NCBI GenBank assembly: GCA_964244895.1
Contig: CAXTKV010000026.1
Span: 1 to 36,505 of the forward strand
Source: an uncultured Deinococcales bacterium
GTDB lineage: Bacteria; Deinococcota; Deinococci; Deinococcales; JAAFIG01
Direction: 5' to 3'
DNA: 36,505 nucleotides
Below, piece after piece: positions 34,870 to 36,505 of this stretch. The stretch's first letter is position 1; each line of letters begins with the position of its first letter. Under the pieces are notes generated by a model, which was not told the DNA's origin, searched no databases, and saw nothing but the letters and a program-made list of their open reading frames with translations. The position numbers and the translations under genes are program-made.

Positions 34870-36228
34870 TTACGCGAAGGCTTCGGTTAGCGCGTCCGTG
34901 GCGATGCTGACGATTTCGTCCACCTGATCGGCGGTGATGATCAACGGCGGCGAGAACGCGAAGCCCGTGTCGTTGCAGCGCGCGATCAGGCCGCGTTTTC
35001 GCGTGGCCGCCTGCAACTTGCCGCCGACGCCCGCGCTCGGATCGAAAGACTTCTTGGATTCTTTGTCCTGCACGGTCTCAATCAGCACCATCAAGCCCTT
35101 GCCGCGCACGTTCCCGACGTTCGGGTGCGCCTCGAGCGTTTTCATGCCCGCCAGCAGACGCTCGCCCATGAATGCCGCGTTCCCCGGCAGATCCTCGCGC
35201 TCGATCAACCCGATGTTCACGAGCGCGACCGCGCACGCGACCGGATGACCGGAGTAGGTGAAGCCGTGCATGAACATCCGATCCGGTTCCAGCAGCACGG
35301 CGTTGATCTCGTCCGTGATGCCGACCGCCCCGAGCGGGATGTAACCGCTCGTGATGCCCTTGGCGAGCGCCACGATGTCGGGCTGGAAGTGGTACGTCTG
35401 ATGGCCGAACATGCCGCCCGTGCGCCCGAAGCCCGTGATGACCTCGTCCGCGATCAAGAGAATGCCGTGCTTTTTCAGGATCGGCGCGATGGCCTGCCAG
35501 TACCCATCTGGCGGTGGCACGACCCCGCCTGCGCCCTGCACGGGCTCGCCGATGAAAGCCGCGATCGTCTCGGCTCCTTCGTTGGCGATCGTGTCCTCGA
35601 GTTCCTGCGCGAGCTTCGCCACGAATTCCGCGTCCGTCAAGCCCGCGCCGTTCCGGTAGGCGTGAGGTGCCGACAGGTGAATGAAGCCCGGAGCCAACGG
35701 CCCGAAATCCTTGTGGTACGCCGGAATGCCCGTCGCCGCCAGGCTCGCGTTGGCGATGCCGTGGTAGGCCATCAGCCTGGACAGCACCTTGACGCGCTCT
35801 GGCTGGCCTTTTAAGGCCCAGTAGTACCGCGCGATCTTGATGGCGGTCTCGTTCGATTCCGCGCCGCCGGACGTGAACTGAAAGTGGTTGATGGTGCCCG
35901 GAATCATGCTCGCCAGCTTCGAGGCGAGTTCAATCGTGGGTGGGCTGGCCAGCCCGAAGAAGTTCGGCACGAACGCCACTTCCTCGATTTGCTTTCTGGC
36001 CGCCTCCGCCAGCACCTTGCGCCCGTGCCCGACGTTGACGTTCCACAAGCCCGCGAAGCCGTCCAGGTAACGCTTTCCGGTCGTGTCCCAGAGGTACAGG
36101 CCCTCGCCTCTGGCCAGCACCAGCGGCCCGGTTTTCGCGTGCCTGTGCAGGTTCGTGACGGGATGTAGGATGTGCGCGATGTCCTGCGCGATCAGCGCTT
36201 CCGTGTTCCAGCTTTGCGTGGCAGTCAT
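34870..36228 (-). CDS. Class III PLP aminotransferase (putrescine/omega-amine transaminase-like)
   Basis: YLDGFAGLWNVNVGHGR, SGGAESNE, GEPVQGAGG, IADEVITGFGRTG, PDIVALAKG, HGFTYSGHP; lies upstream of potABCD. Confidence 0.9.
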   Translation of the reverse strand: MTATQSWNTEALIAQDIAHILHPVTNLHRHAKTGPLVLARGEGLYLWDTTGKRYLDGFAGLWNVNVGHGRKVLAEAARKQIEEVAFVPNFFGLASPPTIELASKLASMIPGTINHFQFTSGGAESNETAIKIARYYWALKGQPERVKVLSRLMAYHGIANASLAATGIPAYHKDFGPLAPGFIHLSAPHAYRNGAGLTDAEFVAKLAQELEDTIANEGAETIAAFIGEPVQGAGGVVPPPDGYWQAIAPILKKHGILLIADEVITGFGRTGGMFGHQTYHFQPDIVALAKGITSGYIPLGAVGITDEINAVLLEPDRMFMHGFTYSGHPVACAVALVNIGLIEREDLPGNAAFMGERLLAGMKTLEAHPNVGNVRGKGLMVLIETVQDKESKKSFDPSAGVGGKLQAATRKRGLIARCNDTGFAFSPPLIITADQVDEIVSIATDALTEAFA

Positions 36229-36290
36229 GGCTCGAGTCTACGGTTTTGGACGCTCGGGGCACAATCCGTTCATGTCTTCTCTTCGAGAAC

Positions 36291-36330
36291 ACCGTCGTAC
36301 ACGCATTCTCGAGATTGCGTCTGGGACGGA
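36291..36330. repeat. Intergenic element, 40-bp form
   Basis: ACCGTC gtac ACG N14 (contains CTCGAG) CGT ctgg GACGGA. Confidence 0.8.
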
Positions 36331-36505
36331 GTTTACGAACCGTCTACTATTCCGGATCTTGCCGAATCTCGATTTTGCCACGATCCATTACGTAATGCGA
36401 AACACCAAACTCGATGATTCGCCAGTATTCTCTCTGCAACATCCCAGTACAAAACGTATCTAAATTGAGCCCGTTAGAAAACGATATCGAAAGATCGCCC
36501 AAAGT

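Noticed and set aside
538..36330. Repeat family as a CRISPR array
   Set aside because: Copies are kilobases apart, degenerate and separated by whole genes; there are no regular spacers and no cas genes.
538..36330. Repeat family as integron attC sites (AAC...GTT ends after stop codons)
   Set aside because: Ends are purine-rich GAGAAC/GTTCTC rather than RYYYAAC/GTTRRRY, there are no consistent extrahelical bases or integrase, and the flanked genes are core operon genes in both orientations.
36380..36400. DdrO/RDRM radiation-response operator
   Set aside because: The TTACG/CGTAA halves overlap instead of forming the spaced 17-bp RDRM palindrome.

Overview
GC-rich bacterial chromosomal segment, most consistent with Deinococcota (inferred from the futalosine-pathway mqnD, pervasive leaderless TANNNT-N6/7-start promoters and heavy CTCGAG over-use). 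It is mostly housekeeping and transport: mqnD (partial), an orphan RskA-type anti-sigma factor, an acyl-CoA mutase large subunit with isobutyryl-CoA-mutase residues, a nucleotidyltransferase-GHMP kinase fusion, an APH-like kinase, tRNA-Ile2(CAT), two secreted proteins, glnA, livKHMGF, dppABC, aroA, msrA, a pseudo-receiver, a GH13 enzyme, a lipoprotein, potABCDD and a class III aminotransferase. Two things stand out. (1) A candidate RNA end-healing/sealing locus at 24954-28707: a headless CCA-like HD protein divergent from SAM methyltransferase + ATP-dependent RNA ligase + HD-polynucleotide kinase. (2) A dispersed intergenic element, ACCGTC-N4-ACG-N14/15 or N24/25-CGT-N4-GACGGT, in about 14 two-armed copies plus half-sites. 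Its length is quantised by one helical turn and its arms often vary non-compensatorily, which suggests a protein-bound DNA site tied to CTCGAG. No CRISPR array, transposase or integrase was seen. All calls are from motif recognition by eye, with no database searches.
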